44,003 nt of DNA from an uncultured Opitutia bacterium (GCA_903882335.1 CAIRWP010000131.1:1-44003), one strand, 5' to 3'. Shown: positions 7,882 to 17,787, counted from the first letter of the stretch. Made by a program: numbers and translations. The notes: generated by a model from the sequence alone, not told the origin.

Positions 7882-9819
7882 ATGCGTACATCTCTCCTCG
7901 TCTGTCTCGGTTGGTGCGCGTTGGTCGCCCAAGGCTTCGCCCAAGCCCCGCCCCCCGGCGCGGCGGTGTCCGGCGGCGGCGGCGGCGATTACCGCAGCTC
8001 CACGGCCGAGGGCGGCGCCGACCGCCTGTTCGACGTGAACAGCGACTCGGTCGACATGGAGAACGGCTCCATGCAGTGGAAGGGCAAGACCTTCAATCTC
8101 GGCAATTCCCGCGCCATGCGCATGCGCTTCGAGCGCTACCTGTCCGCGCCGGCCGCCGGCGGCGACATGCTGAAGTACCAGCAGCTGCTCCAGCGCATCG
8201 AGCGCCTCCTCTCGCCGGCCAACATCAACAACTCCAACTACATCGCCAACCAGCAGGAGGCCTTCAATCTGCTCTTCCAGGCCGCGGAGTTCGAGGTGGA
8301 CGGCAACAACTCCCTCACGATCGCCACCCAGGTGCAGAAAATCTGGAACATGCGGGCGGAATTCCGCTCGCTCGAGGTGAGCAAGAATCAGCTCGAGGTG
8401 ATCCGCAAGTCCCAGGAGACCGTCATCGTCAACCGCGCCGAGAAGATCGAGTCGGCCAACGACGAGCGCTCCTCGGCGCCCGGCAAGGCCGGCCAGCCCA
8501 CCTTGGCCAAGTCGTCCTCCGGGACCACCGAGCTCGGTTTCCGGGTCAAGGACGAGCAGCGCACCCAAGCCGAGATCCTCGCCCGGAACGCGGAGATGAC
8601 CGCGCTGGGGCTCAAGGCCCAGGTGGAGTTCCAGTCGCAGATGGTCGGGTTCCTCCTCGCCCGCCGCTACCGCCATTGCATCATCACCTCGGCGTTCTAC
8701 CGGGTGCTCTTCAAGAGCGGCAACCAGAACATCCGGGTCGGCGCCAAGGAAGTGAAGGAGTTCTTCCCGGTCTCCGATTTCGTGCCCACGCTGGAGTCGA
8801 TCGACACGCTCGCCCGCGAGGCGATGACCGACGTCACCCTAGGCATGAAGACCGTCGACGACCTCGTGAAGCAGGGCGAGCTCTACGGCGCCTTCGAGCG
8901 GCTGCAGGAGACCTACTTCCTCGGGGAGTTCGAGCCTTCGGTCATGATGTACGACCAAGCCAGGAAGCGCGACATGCTCGAGCTCTGGCGCGACCTGCGC
9001 GAGCTCCAGCGGCTGGGGGATGAGCACGACCTCGCCAACGTCGAAGGCTACGTCAACAAGGTGCGCGGCCGGGCCCGCGACTTCCCGGGCGCCGCGATTC
9101 TTTCCAAGGTCAACAACGCGATCAACGCCTCCAACATGGCGGTCCTCTCCGCCAAGCAGGCCGCCCTCTCCGGGGACACCGCCAAGGCCGAGGTCGCCCT
9201 TGAGCGGGCGACCAAGATCTGGCCGCAGAACCCCGCGGTGAAGGACTTCGCCAACCAGGTCGTCAGCCGCCAAGACACGCTAGCCCAGAAGGTCCCAGAG
9301 TTCGACCGTATGGTCTCCGAGGCCAAGTGGCGCGACATCTTCAACAAGAAGCTGGATTTCGCCCTGGCCCTCGCCCAGGACAAGGCCCGTTCGGACAAGC
9401 TCCGGCAGGTCGTGAACCGTATCGGCGAACTGGATGCCAATATCCAGAAGGCGCAGGTCCTGGCCTCGCAGAACAACCCTTACCTCGCCTGGGACGTGAT
9501 CGTCGAGACCTCGCGGGCCGAGCCGGATGACCTGGTGCTGGCGAAGACCCGCTCCGACATCGCCCCGTTGGTGGCCGACTACGCGCGTGTCATCGGCATC
9601 GCCGAGAAACTCGAGAAGGACGGCGGCGAGGCCGCCGCGCTGACGGCCTGGCTGCAGGCGCAGGACCTCAACCCGGCCTCCCCGGCCTGCGGCGCCGCGA
9701 TCAAGCGCCTGGCCGGCTCGCTGGCCCAAGGGGCTCCGGCCAAGGCGACGGCCGCCGCGCCCACCCCCCCCGCCGCTGGCGCGTCCGGCGACGAGGTCGC
9801 GGTCCCGCCCAAGCGCTGA
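7882..9819 (+). CDS. Hypothetical secreted, largely alpha-helical protein with TPR-like C-terminal region
   Basis: 645 aa, ATG 10 bp after the previous gene. Signal peptide MRTSLLVCLGWCALVAQGFAQ, then a Gly-rich linker (GGGGG). Long helical-looking segments follow, and the tail is Ala/Pro-rich. No family motif recognised. Confidence 0.65.
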   Translation: MRTSLLVCLGWCALVAQGFAQAPPPGAAVSGGGGGDYRSSTAEGGADRLFDVNSDSVDMENGSMQWKGKTFNLGNSRAMRMRFERYLSAPAAGGDMLKYQQLLQRIERLLSPANINNSNYIANQQEAFNLLFQAAEFEVDGNNSLTIATQVQKIWNMRAEFRSLEVSKNQLEVIRKSQETVIVNRAEKIESANDERSSAPGKAGQPTLAKSSSGTTELGFRVKDEQRTQAEILARNAEMTALGLKAQVEFQSQMVGFLLARRYRHCIITSAFYRVLFKSGNQNIRVGAKEVKEFFPVSDFVPTLESIDTLAREAMTDVTLGMKTVDDLVKQGELYGAFERLQETYFLGEFEPSVMMYDQARKRDMLELWRDLRELQRLGDEHDLANVEGYVNKVRGRARDFPGAAILSKVNNAINASNMAVLSAKQAALSGDTAKAEVALERATKIWPQNPAVKDFANQVVSRQDTLAQKVPEFDRMVSEAKWRDIFNKKLDFALALAQDKARSDKLRQVVNRIGELDANIQKAQVLASQNNPYLAWDVIVETSRAEPDDLVLAKTRSDIAPLVADYARVIGIAEKLEKDGGEAAALTAWLQAQDLNPASPACGAAIKRLAGSLAQGAPAKATAAAPTPPAAGASGDEVAVPPKR

Positions 9820-9826
9820 TCGGGCG

Positions 9827-10621
9827 CTACCAGACGCTGACGGGGGTTTCCTCCAGCGGGTCGACCACGGTGACCCGGAGGTCGCCCTTGGCGGCGCGCA
9901 CCTCCTGCATGACGCCTTCCACGATGGTGGTGCGGTTGCATTCCTTGCTCAGGTGGCCAAGCAGCAGTTCGGTGGTCCGCCACTCGCGGAGCCCCAGCAG
10001 GAGGTCGCGCGCCGCGAGGTTGGAGAGGTGTCCGTGCCGCCCGCGGATCCGTTGCTTCAGGTTCAGGGGGCGCTTGGAGAGGTCCAGCATCTCGTCGTCG
10101 TAGTTCGACTCGAGCACCAGGATGTCGGCCAGCGCGGCGTGATGACGCACGACGTCGGTGACGTGCCCGAGGTCCGTCAGCCAGGTCACCCGCCGACCTG
10201 GTCGCCCCGCCTCGCCCGGGCAGTCGAGCGCGAACCCGACGGGGTCCGCCGCGTCGTGCGGGATCGGGATGGCGGTGATCGCCAGGCTGCGGAACTCGAA
10301 GGTGCTACCGGTCTCGAAGAGCTGCCAGTCCGGGCGGACCTTGAGGGTGCCTTGGATGCGACGGGCGGTCTCGCGGTTGGCGAAGACCTTGAGCGCGGGG
10401 TTCTGGCGCAGGAGCGCCGCCAACCCGATGCAGTGGTCGCTGTGCTCGTGGGTGATGAAGACCGCGTCGAGCGCCCGGGCCTCGGTGCCCAGCCGCTGGA
10501 GCGACGCCTCCAGCCGCGGACCCGGGAAGCCGGCGTCTAGCATGACCCGGGCCCCGTCGCATTCGAGGATCGAGCAGTTACCGGAGCTGCTGGTGCCGAG
10601 GATGTGGAAGGCGAAGGCCAT
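9827..10621 (-). CDS. MBL-fold metallo-hydrolase (YycJ/PhnP-like)
   Basis: From the ATG at 10621 the protein reads MAFAFHILGTSSSGNCSILE... It has the metallo-beta-lactamase motif ITHEHSDHCIG and later HLSN. The upstream 146 codons of the ORF-track entry overlap the glgC start and look like shadow sequence. Confidence 0.8.
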   Translation of the reverse strand: MAFAFHILGTSSSGNCSILECDGARVMLDAGFPGPRLEASLQRLGTEARALDAVFITHEHSDHCIGLAALLRQNPALKVFANRETARRIQGTLKVRPDWQLFETGSTFEFRSLAITAIPIPHDAADPVGFALDCPGEAGRPGRRVTWLTDLGHVTDVVRHHAALADILVLESNYDDEMLDLSKRPLNLKQRIRGRHGHLSNLAARDLLLGLREWRTTELLLGHLSKECNRTTIVEGVMQEVRAAKGDLRVTVVDPLEETPVSVW

Positions 10622-10720
10622 CGTTAGGGCGATGCAACCCCGCCCGGGACGGTTCTTCAAGCCGCCAGTCGGCTTTTCGCTTGAGAGGTCGGCGACACGG
10701 GAGATGCTGGAGGGACTGCC

Positions 10721-12016
10721 ATGCCGTCCCTTCCTCGAGTCATCAGCATCATCATGGGGGGTGGCCGCGGCTCCCGCCTCTACCCGCTCACCAAGGACCG
10801 CTGCAAGCCCGCCGTGCCGCTGGCCAGCAACTACCGGCTGGTCGACATTCCGATCAGCAATTGCCTCAACTCCGGCATCAATCAGATCTTCGTCCTGACG
10901 CAGTTCAACACCGCCTCGCTGCACAAGCATATCCAACAGACCTACAAGTTCGACGGCTTCGGCCGCGGCTTCGTCGACATCCTGGCCGCCGAGCAGACCG
11001 GGGACAAGGAGTCCTGGTACCAGGGTACCGCCGATGCGGTCCGCCAGAACCTGCACCACTACAACCTCCGCGACGAGGACCTCGTGCTGATCCTATCGGG
11101 CGACCAGCTCTACCGGATGGACTTGGAAGAGCTCGCCCGCCAGCACATCGAGAACGCAGCCGACATCACGATCGCGGCCAAGGCCATACCCTCCGACCAG
11201 GTTTCCGCCCTGGGCGTCATGCGCGTCAACCCCGACCTGCGCATCGTCGAGTTCGTCGAGAAGCCCAAGGATCCGGCGGTCATCTCCTCGCTCATCCTGG
11301 GCGGCGCCGCCCGCGCCCGCCTTTCCGATAAGTCGGAGCGCCCCTATTGCCTGGCGTCGATGGGAATCTACCTTTTCTCGGGCAAGGTGATGCGCGAGGC
11401 GCTGGCCGACCACTCCCAGACGGACTTCGGCAAGGAGGTCATCCCCGGCCTGCTCGCTTCGAAACGCATGATGGCCTACGTCTTCGACGGCTATTGGGAG
11501 GACATCGGCACCGTCGGCTCCTTCTGGGAGTGCAACCTCACCCTCACCGACCCGGTGCCGCCGTTCGATTTCTTCGACGACCAGAATCCGGTCTACACGC
11601 ACTCGCGCTACCTGCCTCCGGCTAAGCTCAACGGCGCGCGTTCCCGCCGGGTCCTGATGGCGGATGGCGCGATCGTCGACGATTCCGACCTCGAGCGTTG
11701 CGTGATCGGCGTGCGCTCCGTGATTCGCGGCGGTTCCCGCCTCGAGAACGTCGTGATGATGGGGGCGGACGCCTTTGAGCGGCCGCATGACCTTGCGAGC
11801 AACCACGGGCGCGGCCGTCCGGACATCGGGGTGGGGGCGAACTGCCTGATCCGCAACGCCATCATCGACAAGAACGCGCGCATCGGCGCCGGTTGCCGGC
11901 TTTCGCCGCAGGGTCTGCCGGAGAAGTGGGAGACCGACGCACTCTTCGTGCGCGATGGCGTCATCGTCGTGAAAAAGGGCGCCATCGTGCCGCCCGGGAC
12001 GGTCGTCGGGGAATGA
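10721..12016 (+). CDS. glgC: Glucose-1-phosphate adenylyltransferase
   Basis: 431 aa. The N-terminus IIMGGGRGSRLYPLTKDRCKPAVPLASNYRLVDIPISNCLNSGI and a left-handed beta-helix C-terminus are typical of GlgC. Confidence 0.9.
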   Translation: MPSLPRVISIIMGGGRGSRLYPLTKDRCKPAVPLASNYRLVDIPISNCLNSGINQIFVLTQFNTASLHKHIQQTYKFDGFGRGFVDILAAEQTGDKESWYQGTADAVRQNLHHYNLRDEDLVLILSGDQLYRMDLEELARQHIENAADITIAAKAIPSDQVSALGVMRVNPDLRIVEFVEKPKDPAVISSLILGGAARARLSDKSERPYCLASMGIYLFSGKVMREALADHSQTDFGKEVIPGLLASKRMMAYVFDGYWEDIGTVGSFWECNLTLTDPVPPFDFFDDQNPVYTHSRYLPPAKLNGARSRRVLMADGAIVDDSDLERCVIGVRSVIRGGSRLENVVMMGADAFERPHDLASNHGRGRPDIGVGANCLIRNAIIDKNARIGAGCRLSPQGLPEKWETDALFVRDGVIVVKKGAIVPPGTVVGE

Positions 12017-13194
12017 AAACCTTCGCGCGGACCTACTGGTTCACCTGGGGCTTCCTCGTCCTGGCCGCCCTCGGCACGGGGGGCGCCGCGTCCGTCAAGG
12101 ATGTGTTCTTCGGCGGCCTGCTGGCCGCGGTCGTTTCCGCCGCCCTGACGCGTCCGTATGAGCGTCTGGGCCTGCGCTATGCCCCGTTGCTGGGCGCCTT
12201 GGCGGGTGCCGGCTGGGTCTTGTTGCAGGTGCTGCGTTACCGCTGGTTCGGCGACGCCGATGAGGTCGCCGCTTACGCGTGGCAGCTGGGGACACAGATC
12301 TCGGTCCACGCCGCCGCCTTCGCCGGCGCGGCCCTGATGGCCTCGCTGCGTCCCGAGGAGCGACTCGCCCGCGCCGTGGGCGCCGGCGTGCTGCTGGCCG
12401 CGGCGATGACCGCCGTGCCCTACGGGTTCATCGCCTGGGTCGACCACCGTCTCGCCGGTCCGGTCGAGGTCATCCTGCTCACCGGGGCCGACGTGCCGGC
12501 GAACGCCGCGCCGGTCCGACGCGTCGGTGCGGAGGTCGCATCCCTCACCCCGGATGAGATCGCCCTGCTCAAGGAACGTTTCCTCGTCGTGGAGGGGCCC
12601 GGCGGTCCCGAGGCGATCGACGACGTCGGCCGGCGGTATTGGCCGCTGTGGCGCAAGCGTTTCAGTTACCCGGGCAACCCTGGCGGACCGGTCCGACGCG
12701 TCTTGGTCGTCCTTCCTGCCGATGCGAAACAGCTCGATGCGGACCGCTACCCGGCCCTCGGGCAGGGAGACTGGACCTTCTCCGCGGGCGAGGATCCGCG
12801 CGGGCTGACGCTAGTCCAACTGGGTGCGGAGGGGGCGGTCGCGACCTCCGCCCGGTTCGCCGCCTTGACCCTCCGGCTGAAGCAAGGCGCGGAGACCGCT
12901 CCGGTCGTCGACCGGGTCCGTCCGCCCGCCACGGTGGCCGTGGCGCAGCGCGAGCTGCTGGCCTTTCGCGCCGCCCAGGTCTGCTCCTTGGCCGTCGTCC
13001 GGCGCTCGCCGGTCGGCGACTTCTACGCCCCCGATCCCGTCCGGCGCGGCATCGCCTACGCCTTTGATTACACGGTAGTCGGCGATGACCTGAGGGAGGC
13101 CCAACCGGACGTCGCCCCGGCGCCGAAACTGACCGAACCGCCTGTCTTGCCGGCCGCCCCCAAGGTCCCGACGCCCGAACGGTCAGGTCGTTGA
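12013..13194 (+). CDS. Hypothetical integral membrane protein with large soluble C-terminal domain
   Basis: The ATG at 12013 overlaps the glgC stop (ATGA). MKTFARTYWFTWGFLVLAALG... is followed by about 4-5 hydrophobic helices, a ~230-aa soluble region and a Pro-rich tail. No family motif recognised. Confidence 0.6.
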   Translation: MKTFARTYWFTWGFLVLAALGTGGAASVKDVFFGGLLAAVVSAALTRPYERLGLRYAPLLGALAGAGWVLLQVLRYRWFGDADEVAAYAWQLGTQISVHAAAFAGAALMASLRPEERLARAVGAGVLLAAAMTAVPYGFIAWVDHRLAGPVEVILLTGADVPANAAPVRRVGAEVASLTPDEIALLKERFLVVEGPGGPEAIDDVGRRYWPLWRKRFSYPGNPGGPVRRVLVVLPADAKQLDADRYPALGQGDWTFSAGEDPRGLTLVQLGAEGAVATSARFAALTLRLKQGAETAPVVDRVRPPATVAVAQRELLAFRAAQVCSLAVVRRSPVGDFYAPDPVRRGIAYAFDYTVVGDDLREAQPDVAPAPKLTEPPVLPAAPKVPTPERSGR

Positions 13195-14991
13195 GCTGAG
13201 GAAGTCGCGGTGCAGTCTCGCGTAGGCGCCGTCCGCGGCGAGCAGGCTCCCGTGCGTGCCGCGTTCGACGATACGCCCGTGATTCATCACGAGCACCTGG
13301 TCCGCCTTGCGGATCGTGCTGAGGCGGTGCGCGACGACGAAACTGGTCCGCCCGCGCATGAGGCGGGCGAGGGCCGCCTGCAGTCGGGACTCCGTCAACG
13401 TGTCGACCGCGCTCGTCGCTTCGTCCAGGACCAGGATGCGCGGGTCGGCGAGCAGCGCGCGGGCGAAGGCCACCAGCTGTTGCTGCCCGAGCGAGAGTCC
13501 GCGGCCCTTTTCCGATACCGGGGTGTGAATCCCCTGGGGTAGGGCCTCGATCAGGTCGAGGCAGTCGAGGTCGCGGAACGCCTGGCGGACCGCCTCGTCC
13601 GATGCTTCCGGGCGGGTGGCCTTCACGTTGTCGGCGACCGTGCCGGCGAAGAGGAAGTTCTGCTGGAAGACGAAGCCCATCTGGCGTCGCAGGGTCTCCT
13701 GCCGGAGGTCCGCCAGGTCGTGCCCATCCACGAGCACCTGTCCGCTGTCCGGCCGCTGGAACTTGGCCAGCAGGCCGATGATGGTGGACTTGCCCGAGCC
13801 GGTATGGCCGACCAACGCGATGACCTGTCCGGGCGCGGCGGCGAAGTTTACGGCATGGAGCACGGGTCGGCCGGGCAGGTAGGCGAACGTCACGTCGTGG
13901 AACTCCACCGCCCCGCGGAGCGGCGGGCAGGCAAGGGCGTCCGTCCGGTCGGTCCACGCCGGCGGCGTGTCCAGCAGGCGGAAGTAGCGTTCGGCCCCGG
14001 CCATGGCTAGGGTGGCTTCCGACAGCTGCGTCCCGATGATGGTGATGGGGGAGAAGAAGAGGTCCGCCAGGAAGAAGAAGGTGACGAGGTCGCCCAAGCC
14101 GGTATGGCCGCCGTCGAGGGCGAGCCAGCCGCCGACCCCGACGAGCGCCGCGAGGAAACCTTGGGCGTTGAGCTCCAGCAGCGGCAGGTAAAGCGCGCTG
14201 AGGCTGGCGGTCTTGACGACGTTGCCGGCGAGGGTGTGGACCAGGCGGGAGAAGATCCCCGCGTTAGTCTCCTCGCGGGCGAACCCTTGGGTCACCCGGA
14301 TGCCCTGCACCGTCTCGGCCAGCGCCGAGGTCACGCGGGAGAAACTTTCCTGCTGCAGGCGGGATGCCTGCAGGATCTTGCCGCGGAAGGCTGCGTGCAC
14401 GAGCAGGAGGCAAGGCACGATGGCCAGCAGGACGAGGAACAGGCGCGGGTTCACCCAGAGCATCAGCAGCGCGGCGCAGGTCATCTGGCCGAATGAGACG
14501 ATCGTGATGAAGAAGTTGTTCTGGATGCCGTTGCGCATCGCCTCGATGTCCGAGATCATCCGGCTGATGAGGCTGCCGTGCCGGCGGGCGTGGAAGAACG
14601 CCAGGGGCTGGGTCAGCAGGTGACGCATGAGCCGGTCGCGTAGGTCGCGCAGCACCACCTCGCCGATTTGGTGCGCCAGCCGGATGCGCCAGTACAGGGC
14701 GACGTCGGCCAGCACGACCGCGGCGAGGAAGACCGCCAGCCAGCGGAAGGTGGCCGCGCCGTCGCCGGCGGTGACCGGACCGCGGATGATCGCCCCGATC
14801 ATCCAGGCGAGCAAGGGCAGGGCCATCGCGCGCAGCGCGCAGAGCGCCAACAGCGTGTTCCGCTGCGTCCGGTGCGGCGCGGTGAAGGCGAGCAGCCGGG
14901 CGACGGTCGACCAGCGCAACGGCAACCGGTCCGGTTCCTCGTCGTCCGGGTGGGCCCGGCGCACGGCGATCTCGAGGCGGGTCTTGCTCAT
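13183..14991 (-). CDS. ABC exporter, fused permease/ATPase (type I exporter, heterodimer partner)
   Basis: 602 aa. N-terminal six-helix TMD, Walker A GHTGSGKST, signature LSLGQQQLVAFARAL, Walker B LVLDEATSAVD. Its ATG overlaps the stop of the upstream ABC gene (ATGA). Confidence 0.9.
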   Translation of the reverse strand: MSKTRLEIAVRRAHPDDEEPDRLPLRWSTVARLLAFTAPHRTQRNTLLALCALRAMALPLLAWMIGAIIRGPVTAGDGAATFRWLAVFLAAVVLADVALYWRIRLAHQIGEVVLRDLRDRLMRHLLTQPLAFFHARRHGSLISRMISDIEAMRNGIQNNFFITIVSFGQMTCAALLMLWVNPRLFLVLLAIVPCLLLVHAAFRGKILQASRLQQESFSRVTSALAETVQGIRVTQGFAREETNAGIFSRLVHTLAGNVVKTASLSALYLPLLELNAQGFLAALVGVGGWLALDGGHTGLGDLVTFFFLADLFFSPITIIGTQLSEATLAMAGAERYFRLLDTPPAWTDRTDALACPPLRGAVEFHDVTFAYLPGRPVLHAVNFAAAPGQVIALVGHTGSGKSTIIGLLAKFQRPDSGQVLVDGHDLADLRQETLRRQMGFVFQQNFLFAGTVADNVKATRPEASDEAVRQAFRDLDCLDLIEALPQGIHTPVSEKGRGLSLGQQQLVAFARALLADPRILVLDEATSAVDTLTESRLQAALARLMRGRTSFVVAHRLSTIRKADQVLVMNHGRIVERGTHGSLLAADGAYARLHRDFLSSTT

Positions 14992-16817
14992 GCGACTGTC
15001 CCCTCCGATTGGACGAGGATGGCCCGGCGGTATTGCCCGTCCTGGGCCATCAGCTCCGCGTGCGTGCCGCTCTGGATCAGCCGGCCGCGCTCGAGGACGA
15101 GGATGAGGTCGGCCCGACGCAGCGTGCTGAGGCGATGGGCGACGATGAACGTGGTCCGGCCCTCCATGGCCGACTCCATCGCCTCGAGGATCTCGCGTTC
15201 GGTTTCCGGGTCGATGGCCGAGGTCGGGTCGTCGAGCAGCAGGACCGTCGGTTCCAGCAGCAGGGCGCGCGCGATGGCCAGACGTTGGCGCTGGCCGCCC
15301 GACAGGTTGACACCCCCTTCGCCGAGGTAGGTCTCGTAGCCTTCGGGCAGGGCGGTGATGAAGCCGTGGGCGCCCGCGACCTTGGCGGCGCGCTCGATCC
15401 GCTCCTGACTGGCGTCGGGATGACCGAAGGCGATGTTGGCCGCGATCGTGTTGGAGAAGAGGAAGTTCTCCTGGAACACCATCCCGACCTGACGGCGCAG
15501 CTCGGGCAGGGGGAGGTCGCGCAGGTCGTGGCCATCGAGGGTCACGCGGCCGGAGCGCGGGTCGTAGAAGCGCGGGATGAGCGAGAGGAGGGCCGATTTG
15601 CCCGCGCCCGTGGCGCCCGCGATGGCGATGCGGCTCCCAGGGCGGGCCCGGAAACTCAGCCGATGCAGGACCGTGTCGTTCTCGCGGTACTCGAAGGAGA
15701 CGTCCTCGAAGGCGACCTCGCCGAGGAAGCGCCCGGGGGAGCGCGCGGCGGGTAGCGAGGCCACGCCGGGGTCGGTGTCGAGGATCTCGAAGATACGCTT
15801 GGCGCCGGCCAGCGAGACCTGGGCGTTGTCGACCACCGCCGCCAAGGTGGTCACCTGCGTCGCGAACTGCTGGAGCAGGCCGGCGAAGGTCACGAGGCCC
15901 GTGCCCAGCGCGATGTCGCCCCGGGCCACCATCCAGCCGCCGTAACCGACAAGGATGGCCATCGAGAGGCGGTTGAGCCCGTCGATCACCGGCCAGAACA
16001 GGGCGATTTCCTTGAAGACCTTGCGCTTCTGCAGCCGGATGTCCTCGCTCCAGCCCTCGAAGCGACCCTGCACGCGCGGTTCGAGCGCGAAACCCTTCAC
16101 GACTTGGATGCCTTGCACGTTCTCGGAGAAACCCAGGACCAAACGGTCCATCAGCTCGCGGTTCTCCTCGTAGGCGGGGCGTACGCGGCGGGAGAAGCGG
16201 ATTGCGAACCAGGCCTGGATCGGGAGCACCGACAGGCAGGCGAGCGTGAGCCGCCAGTCGGTCCGGAACATGTAGATCGAGCAGGCGACAAGGGTGACGG
16301 CGATGATGGCCAGCTGGAGCAGCACGCCTTCGATGAAGATGCGGACCGAGTGGGCGTCGGAGGTCACGCGGTTGATGATCGACCCGCTGGCGTTGGTGTC
16401 GAAGAAGCGGAAGCTCAGCTGCTGCAGTTTGGCGAAGACCTGCGCCCGCAGGTTGACGACGATGCGTCCGTGCAGGAAACGCACCGAGACCAGGCCGAAG
16501 ACATAGGCGAGCGCGGCCCGGAACAGCGCCGCGACGACGATCCCGCCGGCCAGCCAGGCAATGACCTGACCGTCGCTCGCGGCCGCCGGCACGAAGAAGG
16601 GCAGGGCCGGGGCAGGGATCGCGGGGTCCCCGCAGTGCCGAAGGGTGTCGATGGCCACGCCGGCGAGGGCGAAGACCGCGACCGTCAGGAAGACGAGCAG
16701 CAGCTGGAGCCCGAGCAGCTGCAGGCAGTCGGCGCGGTGCGACCAGGCGATGCCGAGCAACCGCCGCAGCGTGTCATCACGGCCGGCGGCGGGCGGAGGG
16801 ACGGGTTCGGCGGGCAT
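14988..16817 (-). CDS. ABC exporter, fused permease/ATPase (type I exporter, heterodimer partner)
   Basis: 609 aa. TMD followed by Walker A GATGAGKSA, signature LSGGQRQRLAIARAL and Walker B LLLDDPTSAID. Confidence 0.9.
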   Translation of the reverse strand: MPAEPVPPPAAGRDDTLRRLLGIAWSHRADCLQLLGLQLLLVFLTVAVFALAGVAIDTLRHCGDPAIPAPALPFFVPAAASDGQVIAWLAGGIVVAALFRAALAYVFGLVSVRFLHGRIVVNLRAQVFAKLQQLSFRFFDTNASGSIINRVTSDAHSVRIFIEGVLLQLAIIAVTLVACSIYMFRTDWRLTLACLSVLPIQAWFAIRFSRRVRPAYEENRELMDRLVLGFSENVQGIQVVKGFALEPRVQGRFEGWSEDIRLQKRKVFKEIALFWPVIDGLNRLSMAILVGYGGWMVARGDIALGTGLVTFAGLLQQFATQVTTLAAVVDNAQVSLAGAKRIFEILDTDPGVASLPAARSPGRFLGEVAFEDVSFEYRENDTVLHRLSFRARPGSRIAIAGATGAGKSALLSLIPRFYDPRSGRVTLDGHDLRDLPLPELRRQVGMVFQENFLFSNTIAANIAFGHPDASQERIERAAKVAGAHGFITALPEGYETYLGEGGVNLSGGQRQRLAIARALLLEPTVLLLDDPTSAIDPETEREILEAMESAMEGRTTFIVAHRLSTLRRADLILVLERGRLIQSGTHAELMAQDGQYRRAILVQSEGTVA

Positions 16818-16839
16818 GCGCGGCGGGGCGCCGGCGGTC

Positions 16840-17709
16840 TCAGCGGATCATCTGGCCTTCCCGCGAGGCCTTCTTGCGGAACTCGGCGAGGATGCGGGCG
16901 GTGTGGGGGCCGGGCTTGCCGGTGCCGATCTTGCGGGCGTCGACTTCGATCACCGGGATGACTTCCGCGGCGGTGCCGGTGAGGAAGCACTCGTCGGCGT
17001 TCCAGACGTCGTAGCGGGTGATGTTCGTCTCGACGGTCGGGATGCCGAGGGCCGCGGCGACCTCGAGGGCGACCTGCCGAGTGATGCCGACGAGCGCGCC
17101 GGCATGGGAGGCGGGGGTGATGAGGCGGCCCTTGTGGATCAGGAAGACGTTGTCCCCCGTGCACTCGGCGACGTAGCCCTGTTCGTTGAGCATGAGGCAT
17201 TCGTGGAAGCCGTGCTGCTGGGCCTCCATCTTCGCCATGATGTTGTTCAGGTAGTTGAGGGACTTGATCATCGGCGGCAGGGCGGCCGGGCTGATGCGGC
17301 GCGTCGGCGCGGTGATGATGCGCATGCCGGTCGTGTAGAGCTCCTCCGGGTAGAGCTTGATGCTGTCCGCGATGCAGATGATGGAGGGCTTCGGGCAGTT
17401 CTTCGGCGAGAGGCCGAGGTCGCCGAAGCCGCGCGAGACGACTAGGCGGATGTAACCGTCGGTCAGGTTGTTGCGCCGGCAGGATTCGCAGACGATCTCG
17501 GCGATCTCCGCGCGGGTCCAGGGCATGTCGAGGCACAGGGCCTTGGCCGACATCTCGAGACGCTCGAGGTGCTCGTCCAAGCGGAAGACGCAGCCTTGGT
17601 AGAGGCGGATGCCTTCGAAGATGCCGTCGCCATAGAGGAAGCCATGGTCGAAGACGGAGATCTTGGCCTCAGCCTTAGGGTAGAACTTACCGTCGATGTA
17701 GACTTCCAT
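16840..17709 (-). CDS. ilvE: Branched-chain amino acid aminotransferase (class IV PLP enzyme)
   Basis: 289 aa. FDHGFLYGDGIFEGIRLY, KSLNYLNNIMAKMEA and ECTGDNVFLI are typical of short bacterial IlvE. D-amino-acid aminotransferase cannot be fully excluded by eye. Confidence 0.8.
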   Translation of the reverse strand: MEVYIDGKFYPKAEAKISVFDHGFLYGDGIFEGIRLYQGCVFRLDEHLERLEMSAKALCLDMPWTRAEIAEIVCESCRRNNLTDGYIRLVVSRGFGDLGLSPKNCPKPSIICIADSIKLYPEELYTTGMRIITAPTRRISPAALPPMIKSLNYLNNIMAKMEAQQHGFHECLMLNEQGYVAECTGDNVFLIHKGRLITPASHAGALVGITRQVALEVAAALGIPTVETNITRYDVWNADECFLTGTAAEVIPVIEVDARKIGTGKPGPHTARILAEFRKKASREGQMIR

Positions 17710-17787
17710 GTTGGGAAAAGCCCACCTTGGCGGGTTGGCCAGGGATTTTCCAGCCCGAAACCCCTTTTTTAAAGCGATGGTGCTGGT

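Noticed and set aside
10622-11059. 146-codon N-terminal extension of the MBL hydrolase ORF (the track lists 9827..11059).
   Set aside because: The extension overlaps the glgC start on the opposite strand and has shadow-like composition. The MBL fold begins right at the internal ATG (MAFAFHILG).
12662-13957. Minus-strand 431-aa Arg/Pro-rich ORF.
   Set aside because: It is an alternative frame across the ABC exporter and the membrane-protein gene. The extreme R/P/G composition is typical of an off-frame high-GC artefact.
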